From the NCBI RefSeq assembly GCF_044704955.1, contig NC_091999.1, positions 24,118,001 to 24,182,000 on the forward strand: 64,000 nucleotides of DNA. The letters are read 5' to 3'. Within the stretch, counting starts at the first letter, position 1. Each line of letters opens with the position of its first letter. Made by a program: the position numbers and the translations under genes. Origin of the DNA: Pristiophorus japonicus (Eukaryota). Positions 11,718 through 24,575 of the stretch are shown here, one piece after another. The notes beneath the pieces were generated by a model. It searched no databases. It saw only the letters and a list, made by a program, of their open reading frames with translations, and was not told the origin of the DNA.

Positions 11718-12166
11718 TTACATTTATATAGCACCTTTAATGACCTCAAGTTGTCCCAAAGTGCCTTCCAGCCAATGAATTATTTCGGAAGTGTGGTCAC
11801 CGTTGTAATGTAGGAAACGTGGCAGCCAATTTGTGCACATCAAGATCCCATAAACAGCAATGGAATAATGATAAGATAATCAATTTTTCAGATGTTGGTT
11901 GAGGGATACATTTTTCTGCTGCAAACCCTGGTGAACTCCTCTGCTCTTTAAGATAGTGCCATGAGTCCTTTAAATCCACCTGAGTGGGAAGACGGGGCCT
12001 CAGTTTAATATCTGCCCCGAAAGACAGCACCTCTGATCATTCAGCACTCCCACAGTACTGACATCAGGCGTGTCGGTTTAGATTATGGGCTCAGATGTCT
12101 CAAGCGGGGTTTAGTATCTGTGTCTTTCTGAGTCAGAGGCGAGAGTGATCCCGCTGAGCCGAGGCT
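11718..12166 (-). mobile_element. tRNA-derived DeuSINE (SacSINE1-like)
   Basis: Minus strand has a tRNA-like head (GGCTCAG..CACTCTCGCCTCTGACTCAGAA) and Deu-domain core GTGCTGTCTTTCGGGGCAGATATTAAACTGAGGCCCCGTC..CTCAGGTGGA. Confidence 0.85.
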
Positions 12167-12537
12167 TGAACATATCACAGCTTGTATTTTAAAATGCTGC
12201 CATTCAGCTCATCATGTCTGAGGTTTAAGGTCTGAGCCCAGTCTTACACCGCTCCGTTTATCATCAGACGCGAGTTCTCTTATCTTGCCTGAGATGTCAT
12301 TACCACACTGGGATTTACACTGGGTCCGTAAACAAGTGTCAGTGGTTCCGCAGCGAGCATATGGAAGTGCTAGAGGCAGAAGGACTTATGGAACTTGAGA
12401 TTTACATTGTGTGAGCTGCAGCATCGGAGCAGCTGGAAGCTGGAACTGTTCTCCTTAGAGCCGAGCAAGTTCTGGGCCACTTAATAGAGGTGTTCGAAAT
12501 CATGGAAAGTTTTGATCGGGTAAATTGGAAGTTACAC

Positions 12538-12850
12538 CATCATTCCCTCCGACCATCCCTCCTATCCTCCACCCAACTCTCCTTCCCTCCATCCCTTCAT
12601 CCCTCCCTCTCTCTATCCCTTCCGCCCTCCATACATGCCTCCATCAATCGCTCCCTCCCTGGACCCACCTCTCCCTCCCTCCAGCCGGACTCCACCCGTC
12701 CAATACACTACATCTCCCTTGCTCCACTCCTCCCTCCCTCCATCGCTCCCTCGTGCAACCATTCCTACCTCCGTCCATCGCGCCACCCCTCCAACTCTCC
12801 ATCCATCCCTTGTTCCCTTCCTAACTCCCTCCCTCCCTCTGTCAGCCCAA
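12538..12850 (+). repeat. CT-rich (CCCT/CCAT) low-complexity tract
   Basis: Polypyrimidine tract; paralogues ~29047-29352, 47660-47932, 61930-62115. Confidence 0.9.
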
Positions 12851-15024
12851 ACCTGTCTTTTTTCCCCTTTGCAGTATTTCTGATTCCATTGATGAGGATT
12901 CCTCAGCTGGAATTTTCTGCAGCCAATTCCTTCACCGGGCTTTCATATATATTAACAAATGAGAGAGAGAGCAATGGCAATTATATATATATTTAACCTC
13001 CCCACCCCCACCTAAAAAAGCTGACAAGAATTAAAATGTTGACCTTTCCGGAGAGGGAGTTGGTTGGTGAACTGTCACAGGGTAGGAATTCTAGTTGGCA
13101 CAGTCAGGATATTTTTCCTGTTTATATAAAAAAGTAAGCGTAACAATTTTTAAAATTGTTTTAAGTCATCGTCGACTTTCAGCTGCTGTTTTTTCCTTCC
13201 CTTTCTCGCTGTTGTGGACAGGCCAGTGCCCGCCTGGAGCTCGCTGTCAGTGTGTATACGGGACGGTAGGACCTAAGCTCTCGCTGCGCGGACAGAGTTG
13301 GAGAAGCTGGGGCTGTTCTCCTTACAGCAGAGAAGGCTGAGGGGAGATTTACCAGATTAGTACCAAGGATGAATGATGAGAAACACTAGTTCTGCCCCAG
13401 CTGGAGTATTTTGTCCAATTCTGGGCACCACACTGTAGGAAGGACGTGAAGTCTTTCCAGAGGGTGCAGAATAACTTTACTGGAAACGCATCAGGTATGG
13501 GGGTTACAATTATGTGGAGAGACTTGGGAAGCTGGGGTTGCTCCCCTTAGAGCAGAGAAGGTTAAAAGAAGATTTAGTAGATTGGTACCTAGATGAGGGA
13601 TTTCAGTTAATGTGGAGAAACCGGAGAAGATGGTTTGTTCTTCGAGTAGAAAAGGTTAAGAGGAGATTTAGTAGATTAGTGTCTGGCATGTGATACTTCA
13701 GTTAAGTGGAGTTGAGGTCAGAGACCAGCCATGCTCTTATTAAAATGTGGAGCAGGCTTGAGGGGCCGAATGGCCTACTCTTGCTCCGAATTGTTATTTT
13801 CTTTTGTTCTTAAACAGATACAGTGTGTATAACTCAGACAGGGCCGAGTGTAATATAAATCAGGTCCTGAGGTATGTAAACAGAGAAAAGATCTGTTTCA
13901 GTAATAAGTTATATAGGGACTTATGTAACAAAAACAAAAATATGCTAAGATATAATTTAAATAAAATATGTTCTGGTGCAGAAATAACTGAGAATGGGTC
14001 ATGTGTAATATAAACATTGATATGGTCGAGTATAATATAAACTGAGGCTAGCTTGAGTACACTAATAAATTTGAAAGCGGAATCCTGCTTCAGTATACTG
14101 ATCTAGACAATGTCTCTGTTTAAAGTACAGTAGGACATGTCTTGGTTTTTGCAGCAATCGACCTTGTCTCTCTTTATATTACACTAGACCCTGTCTCTGT
14201 TTATATTACACTAGACCCTGTCTCTGTTTACATTACACTAGACAATGTCTCAGTTTATATTGCACTATACAATGTCTCTGTTTATATTACATTAGACAAT
14301 GTCGCTGTTTACATTACACTCGCCAATGTCTCCGTTAATATTACACTTGACAATGTCCCTGTCTATTTTGAATGAAGAGAGTACTCGAGTAATTTTGACT
14401 GTGGAATGAATGAAAGCTTGTTTTAAGAAGGTGTGAAGTTGCCTGCCTGTTTTAGCTCCACCCACTCTTTCCAAACAGAATGAAATGTTTGTTTTTAACC
14501 CTTCGTAGTGTTGTCCTGTATGTGGGAAGTTTAAGAAACTGTGAACCTTATGGTATTACATTTTAAGTTGGAAACGAAGGTGTGGATATAAGTTACGGAG
14601 CTAGGAAATGCACAAAGGATAGGTTTGTTGAGTAAAAGATAAAAATACATTGTCCCGGTAGTAAAGAAAAAAAAAGTTTGACACGCTCACTTACTTGTCG
14701 AAAGAAAACATGCAATTGGGTTGAAAGACATAAATTGAGTCTAGGAATGAGATAAAGAATGCCTTTCAAAACGCTCCCATTTTCCTTTGTGTAAAACCTT
14801 GACATGAAAGCTTCTAGCTCGGTAAAAAAAAAGAGTTTTAAATTTAGAAATACTTCAGGGATCAGGTCAAACCCCTGGGCGAGTGGTGAGCTATCTGTGA
14901 AGGTGTAAAAGGGACTTTTGAAAAAGGCTAAAATAGTAAGCTTTAGCAGTTTAGAAAAGAAAAAGATAAAGCAGGAAAAGGTCTCTGCCAGGGAACAGGA
15001 GGAGGGCAGAAAAGGGGGACTTGC

Positions 15025-17250
15025 CACAATACCCTATAAGACCTGAAGCTAGAACAGCGGTTGTAGAAATAGTAAAAGGGCTGGTGGAAAAGGGTATCTT
15101 AAAAGAAAGAGTTAGCAACACTAACTCCCCAAAAAGGCCCAGGTAGGGAAATCCCAGGTCCTGTACCTAGGGTACTGCCTCTCAAGGGGCTGAAAGAAAC
15201 GCCCTCGGATAGGAAAAAGGCTGTCAAGGACATGCCTAGACCAGAAACGGTAAGGGGGGTGAGGAAGGTACTGGGCCTCTTTAATTACAGCCGGAACTTT
15301 ATCCCTGATAAAAGGAGACCTATAGCCTATTACTCTACCAGCGAAAGCCCGCTGGTGACTGGGTTATCCAGATGCATATCCGCGCTAGATTGCGCAGTTT
15401 GGGCGCTAAAAATTAAGCGAGCTTGTGGTGATGACTGGAAACATCATTCTCCACAATTATCACACATTGGTAGAAATGTTAAACACAGGAAAACTGAGAA
15501 CCGTATCTAATATGAGACGGGCAAAGTGGGAAGCAGTCCTCTTAACACCCAACAAAGCGGTAACCATAATTAGTGATGTAGGAAACAACCCCACAGAAGG
15601 TATGATGGGTGAGGGGGAACCCCACTTTTGCGAAGAGGTATGTGAGGATATGGAAGAGGATACAATAAAAGACGCCCCCCTTCAAACCGCAGAACAAACC
15701 TTGTTTCTGGACGGCTCACGAAAATACGTAGAGGGACTACCTCGTACCGGATGGGCCGTAGTTAACCAGGATATAGAGACAATTGAATCAGGGCGAATTA
15801 ATGGGGGTCGTCAGTTCAAGTGGCAGAACTGGTAGCCCTCACCCGGGCACTGGAATTATCGGAAAATATGATTGTTAATATCTATACGGACAGTAGATAT
15901 GCATTCGGGGTAGTACACGATTATATGAAAGCATGGGGGAGAAGGCGTGTTTGCGATGGATAAAGAAATAACTTACTAAATACCAGTTGATATCAGCTGT
16001 GAAAAAGATATTGGTTTAATTGAAAAAAAAAGAATTTGAAGATGTAAAAAACACTCTCCATTGATAATGATTTTAAATTATTAAAATTAAGTCAGTGCTG
16101 CTGGGGCCCGAGACGAAGAGATAAGTATTGAGAAACTACACCAGGACACTTCTGAGGAGGAAATAGGTATGTGGACAAAGCAGGGCGCAACGCAAGGGAA
16201 GGATAACGTTTGGAGACGAAACGACAAGGTAATGGCGCCTGAATGCATACAGAATACCTTATTGGAGTTGCATCATGGCCTGTCTCAATCAGGATGAGAG
16301 GCCATGACCGGGAGTCTTGGAAGAGATTGGTGGTGGAAAGGGATGGGGAGAGATATCACCAAACATTGCCATCGATGCGTTACGTGTTCACAATATAATC
16401 CAGGCAGGCCCATTAAAATTAAAATGGGACACAAGCCCCGTCCTCGGGGGCCATAGGAACACATACAAATTGATTTCACAGGTCCTTTGCCCCCATCCCA
16501 TGGAAAAATATATTGCCTAGTGATTATAGATCAATTTACCCGGTGGGTAGAAGCTTTCCCCACACGTGATTGCACTGCCTCAACAGTGGTAAGGATATTG
16601 ACCGCGCAGGTGATTCCCCGATGGGGAGTGCCTCTTCAAATAGATTCCGACCAAGGCACCCACTTCACCGGAAAAATTGTAAAAACAATATGCCAGCTGA
16701 TGGGCATAAAACAAAAATTCCACATCCCCTACCACCCGCAGAGTTCTGGGATGGTAGAGCGCATGAACCATACCCTTAAGAACGCCCTGGCAAAGGCCAT
16801 GCAAACGTCAGGAAAAACGTGGACAGAAGTATTACCCATTATATTGATGAAATTAAGAGCCACGACAAACCGGACAACCGGATTAACCCCTTATGAACTA
16901 ATGACAGAAAGGGCGATGCAATTACCAGAGAACATCATAACAGGGTCGGCCGATGTAGGCCCATTAAAAGACAAAATAAAACGGTATGCTTTGGAACTAA
17001 GTACTCAATTAAAAGGGATGCATAAATTAGTTCGGGACAATCAGGAAGAAAGAGACGCGGAAGCAGAGCTTACAAAGCTCCCTTAAGTCCCGTAGGCAGG
17101 AAGTCACATTATGATAAGGGTCCTTCCGGGAAAAACCGGGGTTTGCCTCAAAAATGGAAAGGACCATATGTGGTTATAATCAGCAGGGACACTTGTGCCT
17201 GCATCGATGTTAAAGGGAACGGACAATGGAAGCATCGGACCCAGCTTAAG
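15025..17250 (+). pseudogene. pol: ERV pol remnant (RT fragments, RNase H, integrase)
   Basis: QYPI..GIL..NSP; KKAQ..VLYLGY; VRKVLGLFNYSRNFIP; RNase H LFLDGS / AELVALTRALE / NIYTDSRYAFG; integrase CxxC, IQIDF, IDSDQGTHF, YHPQSSGMVER, WKGPY; contains stops, frameshifts and deletions. Confidence 0.92.
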
Positions 17251-17384
17251 GTTTTTGAACCAGCCGTTTAGCACACATATTAGTTGTTGTTGTTTGTCTA
17301 TTTACAGATTGACAGCGAGAGATTCTTCAAGCAAGCCATATGGCCATTTTGCCTTTGACTATTTGTTAATTATAGAGTAATAAG

Positions 17385-18631
17385 ATGAAACTATATATTG
17401 CGATCGGTGCGATTATCATAGTTCGTGTTAGGTCCGGCCTGCTAGCTAGACCGAAACGAGAGTTACATGTGAATACCTTTTTGTACATGTCTTATGTTTA
17501 TGCACAAAATTAGAACTTTTCTAGTTGCTGGGTATGTTCGCACATCCCCATACATAGCAAAGGAGGCATCCCTTTGAGGTCAATCTCCCTTAACATTTCA
17601 GAAGTAGCAGAGTGGGTAATGCGACAAAACGGTACAGGGGAAGTAAATGATACTTGGAACCACAGTGGGAATAAAGAAACGTGGAGATCGGGGGGTTACC
17701 TTTTGGATGCATTGACAGATGGTACCAGCCGGAATATAATAGGTCGGTACGATCCCCGTTCCTGGTTTTGATCAACACCTCAGGAGTTGGAAGGCCCACC
17801 GCTGACATTTGTTTCACTAGAGACCTGACCGGTGAGGAAACAGGTTTTGTAGCAGGATGTACTTTAACCTCACCAGATGGAACATAATAGCCAGCGAAAC
17901 AACAAACCAAGGCTTCTTCGAAATAGAGGGTTTGAAGAATGAGACAAGTAGCCAGGACTGGGACCCTAAGATTAGGTGGCGACGGGGGCTGAGAGAGAGA
18001 TTGGGATCGAATCTAACGGCATACAATGGCACTTATTTTGTGTGCGGGCATAAGGCCTACCCCTGGTTGCCTCAGAACTGGAGGGGGTCTTGTTATTTGG
18101 GATATGTGGTCACTTTTGTCAGACGGGTAAGTACTTTAGCAGAAGTACAGACACCAGGTCGACTAAGACGAGATCTTACCGCGGTAGAGAGGCTATTTGG
18201 GGTCATGATGCTCCCATTCGGGATAGGACGCACCATGGATGAATTACATAACCTAGAGAGTGTACTGGAACAGATAGTTAACGGCACTGCTGAAGCAATG
18301 GAGGGCATAACGGCTGAGATGGTAGCCATATGCACAATGTGTCTTAATTGGAGCTGAATGTTGCACTTACATTCCTGATAATTCAGAAAACATAACCAAC
18401 CTCGCTGATCACATAAGAAGGGAGGTAAAGAAGTTATACATAACAGCAGGTGGATCTGGCTGGTTTGACTGACTGTTAGGGGGATCATGGGGGTTCTATC
18501 TTATGCATGGAGTAATTATTCTGGTTATATTAATAATTACTTGCTGTCTGATTATCGGGTGTTTTAATATCTGCTGTAAAGTTACGATGGCTCGACTGAT
18601 GCCAGTAGCCAGTATAATCGCTGAAGAATAA
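17385..18631 (+). pseudogene. env: ERV env remnant, gamma-type
   Basis: Acceptor-like gtctatttacag at ~17307; signal peptide MKLYIAIGAIIIV; SU CWVC (CXXC); furin site RLRR; fusion peptide; CVLIGAECC (CX6CC); hydrophobic TM anchor; disrupted by stops and frameshifts. Confidence 0.9.
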
Positions 18632-18844
18632 GCACATCTGAAGGAAATACCTGAAGACACCAAGAATGAAGAAACAGACGACAATGACACCGACCACTAT
18701 CTTTGAAGGGTAGCCTGGAGCTACAGGCAAGGTGGACATATGGAACATCAGGGAAGTAACATACCCCAAAGGACGAATATATGCAACTATCATTGTGGTC
18801 ATCTGAATTTCGTAAAAATCATCCAGGACCAAAAGGGGGAATAT

Positions 18845-19341
18845 TGTTGGAGCGGATTTTTGGACATATACTGGACTAGTATACGGGACCAAACATTTGT
18901 TTTATTTTCCCCTTTAAATGAATTTTGTAAGGGACAATACTGATGCATTATGCTCGATATTAAAAAAAACAGTTAGACTTTAAGGTATGCTGGCCTTGAG
19001 TTAATGCAGATAGGAAAGTGAGATAATGAACACTGGAGAGTTAAGTGCTGGATATGTTTGTTATACCGGTGTCAAAAGCCTGCACTTGTTTATACTGCCC
19101 TGTCACAACGCAGGATGGGTTATTTCAAAAGCTTAGCCTTCGATAGTCAAAGCTTTGTAGTGCTAAAGCATGTGTTGTAAAGTGACGTAATTTTTAAGAT
19201 AAAAGAACTTCACTACAGATATCAATTTGAGAAGATGGTTCAAAGACAGGGGTCTTTTACACTTCTCCCAAACCTTTGACTCCAATTTAATAAACCTCTC
19301 TTTATATATATTATGCAGTCTCAGAAAAAATTTCCACAACA
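18845..19341 (+). mobile_element. ERV 3' LTR (497 bp)
   Basis: Preceded by PPT AAAAGGGGGAA (18831); TGTTG...CAACA termini; AATAAA at 19289. Confidence 0.85.
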
Positions 19342-20390
19342 TATCACACTAGACAATGTCTCATTTTATATTACACTAGACTCTTCCCCTGTTTATATTA
19401 CACTAGACAGTGTCAATGTTTAGATTACACTAGACATTGTCGCTGTTTACATTACACGAGCCAATGTCTCCGTTAATATTACACTTGACAATGTCCCTGC
19501 TTATAGTACACTAGCCAATGTCTCAGTTTATATTACACTAGACTCTTTCCCTGTTTATATTACACTAGACAGTGTCACTGTTTATATTTCACGAGACAAT
19601 GTCTCTGCTTATATTACACAATAGCCTTTTTCTTTTTATATTACATCAGACAATGTCACAATTTATATTACACTGGACTCCGTCTCAGTTATTACTGCAC
19701 TAGACCATGTCGGTGGCATATTACACTAGGTTCTCTCTCCGTTAGTACTGTACTAGAGTCTGTTTATGTTAATATTGCACAATGCCCTGCCTCATTTATT
19801 ATTGCACTAGATCCGGCGACTAGTTATATTACACTAGGCCCTGCATCTGTTCATATTACACTGGGCCATGCCTCAGTTATTACTGCACTAAGCCATGTCT
19901 CTGTTTATATTACACAATGCTCCCTCTGTTATACTGCATGAGAACACGTCTCTCTTTATATTACACTAGGCCCTGTCTCAGTTATCACTGCACTAGACCA
20001 TGCCTGTGATTAGATTTCACTCAGCCTTGTCTCAATTATTACTGCACTGGACCGTGCCCCTTTTCATATAGTCTTATATTAAATACTGTCTCATTTATTG
20101 CTGCCCTCTGGTATGTATCTCTCATATTACACGAAACCTTGCCTCAGTTATAAAGCACTAAGCAATGTCTATATTTATATTACACTGGGCACTCTCCGTT
20201 ATTACAATCTATACCATGTCTCTATTTATATTACACTAGGCACTGTTGCAGTTATTACTACAGTAGACGACGTCTCCTCTTTATGTTACTAAAGGTCTTG
20301 TCTCTGTTATTAATGGATTCGACCAGTCTTCTGTTTAAATTACACGATACACTTTCTCAATTAGTACTGAACTATACCATGCCTCTATTC
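19342..20390 (+). repeat. 27-bp minisatellite with alternating variants
   Basis: Continues the array 14090-14369 split by the ERV. Confidence 0.9.
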
Positions 20391-20534
20391 AATTAGATGA
20401 CGGATGATCGGCATCTTAACTCCATCGACCAGCTTTGGTTCCGTCGCCCGTAATCTCCTAACCGAACCAAAATCTACCAATCAATCTCTGGCAGCAATCA
20501 GAAAATAATGCCTCTGCCTGTCATAGCCTTACTT

Positions 20535-21340
20535 TTATGAAGGGATTTGATACGGTTAAAAGTGAGACAATGTTTACACTGAGAGTGTCGGTAACCAGAG
20601 GATACATATTTAAGATCATTTGCAAAAAAAAACCAAAAGGGAGCTGTGGAGATGTTTTAATGTAACAAGTGGTTCTGATCTGGAATGCAAAAGGTATACA
20701 CTATCTTTAGTTTTCATAAATAGAGATATAGGGTTCAAATGCGAGGAACTTATTGTTAAGCATCTGTAAAACATTGGTTATACTCCAGCTGGAGTATTGT
20801 GTTTAATTCTGAGCGCGGCATTTAGGAAAGATTGAACGGCTTTGGAAAGTGTGCTTGGGGAATTTACAAGAATAGTACCTTGGATAAAAGACTTCAATTA
20901 AGTGAAGACACTCGGGGCATTGAGATTGTTGTCATTAGAGCAGAGAAGGTTAAAAGCAGCTTTTACAAACATGCTCAAGACCGTGAATGGTTCTGACACT
21001 TTAAATAAGAAGATAATTTTCCAGTGGCTGATGAGTCTGTCACCATATGACACACATTTAAGGAACTTGGCAAAAGAGCCCGAGGCGAAATGAGGAAAAA
21101 GAAATACACAACTAGCTGTTATGATCTGGAATACACTATCTGACAGGGTGCTGGAAGCAGTTTCAGTAATAAATTTCAAAAGTGAATTGAGTAAATAATT
21201 GAACTGGAAATAATGCAGGGTTATTGGGAAATAGCAGGGATAGTGGGACCAATTGCTTAGCTGTTTCAACTCAGTGCAGGCACAGGCACCAGAGGGCTTA
21301 ATGTGCACGTTATGTGCTGTATCATTCTTCCATTCTGTGA
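20535..21340 (+). mobile_element. Old CR1 LINE 3' fragments
   Basis: LEYCV.F..R, LEQRRL and IWN.L motifs plus a degenerate tail. Confidence 0.7.
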
Positions 21341-21467
21341 TTTTATATCGACATCATGTCTCGGTTCATATTACACTAAGACCCGTCTCGGTTTATAAAA
21401 CACGAGTTCCTGCCGCAGCTATTATTGCACTGGTCACGGCATTTTTTTATATCACGCGAAGACCTTA

Positions 21468-22380
21468 GAACACAAGAACATAAGAATATATGAAATAGGA
21501 GCAGGAGTAGGCCATTTGGCCCCTCGAGCCTGCTCTGACATTTAATAAGTTCATGGCTGGTCTGATCATGGACTCAGCTCCAATGCCCTGCCCGCTCCCC
21601 CTAACCCTTTATTCCCTTATCGCTCAAAAATCTGCCCATCTCTGCCTTACATATATTCAATGACTCAGCCTCCACAGCTCTCTGTTGCAGAGACTTCCAC
21701 AGATTTACAACCCTCTGAGAGAAGGAATTCCTCCTCATCTCAGTTTTAAATAGCAGCCCCTTATTCTGAGATTAAGCCTCCTAGTTTTAGTTTCCCCTGT
21801 GAATGAAAATGTCCTCTCTGCATCCACTTTCTCGAGCCCCCTCATTATCTTATATGTTTCGATAAGATCATCTCACATTCTTCTGAACTCCAACATGTAT
21901 AGGCCCAAACTACTCAACTTTTCTTCATACATCAACCCCCTCTTCTCCGGAATCAACCCAATGAACCTTCTCTGAAAAGTAACCTTCCTGAAATCCGGAG
22001 AACAAAACTTTATGCAGTACTCCAGGTGTGGCCTCACCAATACCCTGTAGAGTTGTAGCAGGACTTCTCTGCTTTTGTACTCCATCCCCTTTGCAATAAA
22101 TGGCAACATTCCATTTGCCTTCCTGATTACTTGCTGTACCTGCATAGTAACATTTTGTGTTTCATGCACAAGTACAACCAGGTCCCTCTGTACCGCAGCA
22201 CTTTGCAATTTTTCTCCATTTAAATTATAACTTGCTTTATTTTTTTTTCTGCCAAAGTGGATAATCTGAGATTTTCACGATTATAATTCATCTGTCAAAG
22301 TTTTGCCCACTCACTTAGCCTGTCTATATCTCCTTGCAGAATTTTTTAGTGTCTTCCTCACAATTTGCTTTTGCACCCAA
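21468..22380 (-). mobile_element. CR1 (HER1-like) LINE 3' portion
   Basis: ORF 21873-22208 QRDL.VLVH..KANGML.FI..LVRPHLEYC; tail repeat agaacataaga at 21468-21490. Confidence 0.9.
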
Positions 22381-22464
22381 AATTTATTTTTACACAACCA
22401 CTTGAATGTCCCCATTAACTCCGTGTTGTAGTCAGTTTACTAATCTTCTCAGCAGTCCCTCTCT

Positions 22465-23078
22465 TGTTTATCGATGCCCTGGACCCTGTCACAGTTATAA
22501 TTGCACTATACCCAGTCTCTGTTCATATTACATTGGACTCTGTCTCTGTTTAATTGACATTCGTCCCTGTCTCTATTTATATTACACTAGACCTTGTCTC
22601 TGTTTATATAACATTAGACCCTGTCCCTGTTTATATTACACTACACACTGTCTCTGCTTATATTACACTAGACCCAGTCACTGTTTATATTACACTAGAC
22701 ACTGTCTCTGTTTATATTTCACTAGACCCAGTCACTGTTTATAATACACTAGCCCCTGTCTCTGTTTATGTTACACTAGACCCTGTCTCTATTTATATTA
22801 CACTCGTCCCTGTCTCAGTGTATATTACACTATACTCGGTCCCTGTGTATATTATACTGGACCCTGTCTCAGTTTATATTACACTACACCATGTCTCTGT
22901 TTATATTACACTAGGCACTGTCTCAGTTATTCCTTCCATAGACCATGGCTGAAATATATTATAATAAATGCATGTCTCTCTTCATATTACACTAGATCTT
23001 GTCTAAACTATTAGTGCGCTAAATCCTGCATCTATTTCTTGTAGCATAGACCCTGCCTCAGTTATTTCTCCACTTGCA
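22465..23078 (+). repeat. 27-bp minisatellite array
   Basis: Tandem units. Confidence 0.9.
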
Positions 23079-24061
23079 CATGCGTCTATTACATAGGCAG
23101 ACGATATAAAGAGAGATCGACAGATATTAATATAAATAAAGATGTATATATGTGTGGCTGTGAGGATGCAATACTTTTTTGTTTGGAAGTATAGGTTTAG
23201 ATTTGTTAACAGCTATCAACACGTGTGTGCAATCTTGAATTAATCTGGTATTATGACGGTAATATTTGTGTTGAGAGGATGGGGTGAATCTTGTAACAAT
23301 CTTCCAGTAATGGACTGAGATTGAGGGACAGGACGGAAGGTGAGCAATCGTGCACTGCACTTTGAACTACTGGCAAAATCTGTGTGTTTGAGGTTACTAA
23401 ATCACACTTGTGTTGTCCTGTGCCTATTCCTCCAAGTTCTTTAACGTTAAGGATTGTTTTTCGTCGAGTATTTTCTATTTAGCTGTGACGTGGCCCACTG
23501 ATTATGTAAGATAGAGCCTGGTACCGTGAGCTCAGAGCACCGCCGGATGCGCGGCCGCAGGGTCCTAATATCCACCGGAATAAATGTTCTCACCTTGTGA
23601 AATGAACAACTGAAATGAGGACACAGAAAGTGTTTGGTATATGTGTATGCTTGTTTGTGTATATGTGCATTTGTGTTTTTATGTATGTGTGTGTGTGTGT
23701 GTGTGAATGTATGTGTGTTTGTACAAAACACTTGCTCACATTCATAATGTGTACATGTGCATTCCAGAAAGATAAATGATTAGCTTCAGCCAATATTTTT
23801 CAGCATTCAATTTTATTCAAAATGCAATAACAGGTCGTTTAATAGCTTTAACATTTATTGATAACCCATTCACTTGCGTGCTCTTGTTTAGAAAATGATG
23901 TCACTCTGAAGATTCTGTTACCAGGTGACCATTTCTCTCCGCAGTTTCAGTGTGAAACGGGATTAAATCACACCGAGGATAATGAGCAGCCAGACGCCAG
24001 TCTCTGCGCTTTATCGTCTAGTGATCACCTCAGCATCACCCAGATAACACTGATATACACC

Positions 24062-24575
24062 TTGAGGGAGTGCAGCCTAAGTTCACCAGACTGATTCGCG
24101 GGATGGCAGGACTGACCTATGAAGAAAGATTGGATTGACTAGCCTTATATCCACTGGAATTTAGAAGAATGAGAGGGGATCTCATAGAAGCATATGAAAT
24201 TCTTACGGGATTGGACAGGTTAGATGTAGGAAGAATGTTCCCGATGTTGAGGAAGTCCAGAACCAGGATTCACAATCTAAGGATAAGGGGTAAGCCGTTT
24301 AGGACAGAGATGAGGAGAAACGTCTTCACCCAGAGAAATGTGAACCTATGGAATTCTCTACCACAGAAAGTTGTTGAGTCCAGTTCGTTGGATATATTCA
24401 AAAGGGAGTTAGATTTGGCCCTTACTGTTAAAGGGATCAGGGGGTATGGAGAGAAGACAGGAGTGGGGTATTTACGTTGTGTGATCAGCCATGATCATAT
24501 TGAATGGTGCTGCAGGCTCGGAGGGCCGAATGGCCTGCTCCTGCACATATTTTCTATGTTTCTATGTTTCTATGA
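24062..24575 (+). mobile_element. Young 5'-truncated CR1 LINE inserted in block Y of copy 2
   Basis: RRMRGDLIEAY..F.QR.VNLWNSLP; (TTTCTATG)3 tail; absent from the other four Y blocks. Confidence 0.9.

Larger units (their letters stand above)
14370..19341 (+). mobile_element. Defective class I (gamma/epsilon-like) endogenous retrovirus; 5' LTR absent
   Basis: pol and env remnants, polypurine tract and 3' LTR, all embedded in a 27-bp minisatellite array. Confidence 0.92.
7904..23078 (+). repeat. Large tandem unit, copy 1 (contains the ERV)
   Basis: Order X(7904-8370)-(TG)n-Y(8430-8890)-CR1-old LINE-67bp-Z(10840-11715)-DeuSINE-W-CT tract-V(12860-13300)-CR1-27bp arrays, recurring in later copies. 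Confidence 0.9.

Noticed and set aside
12490-12996. Pro/Ser-rich ORFs (also 28984-29469, 47653-47985, 61807-62236)
   Set aside because: Translations of CT-rich low-complexity tracts; frame not conserved among copies
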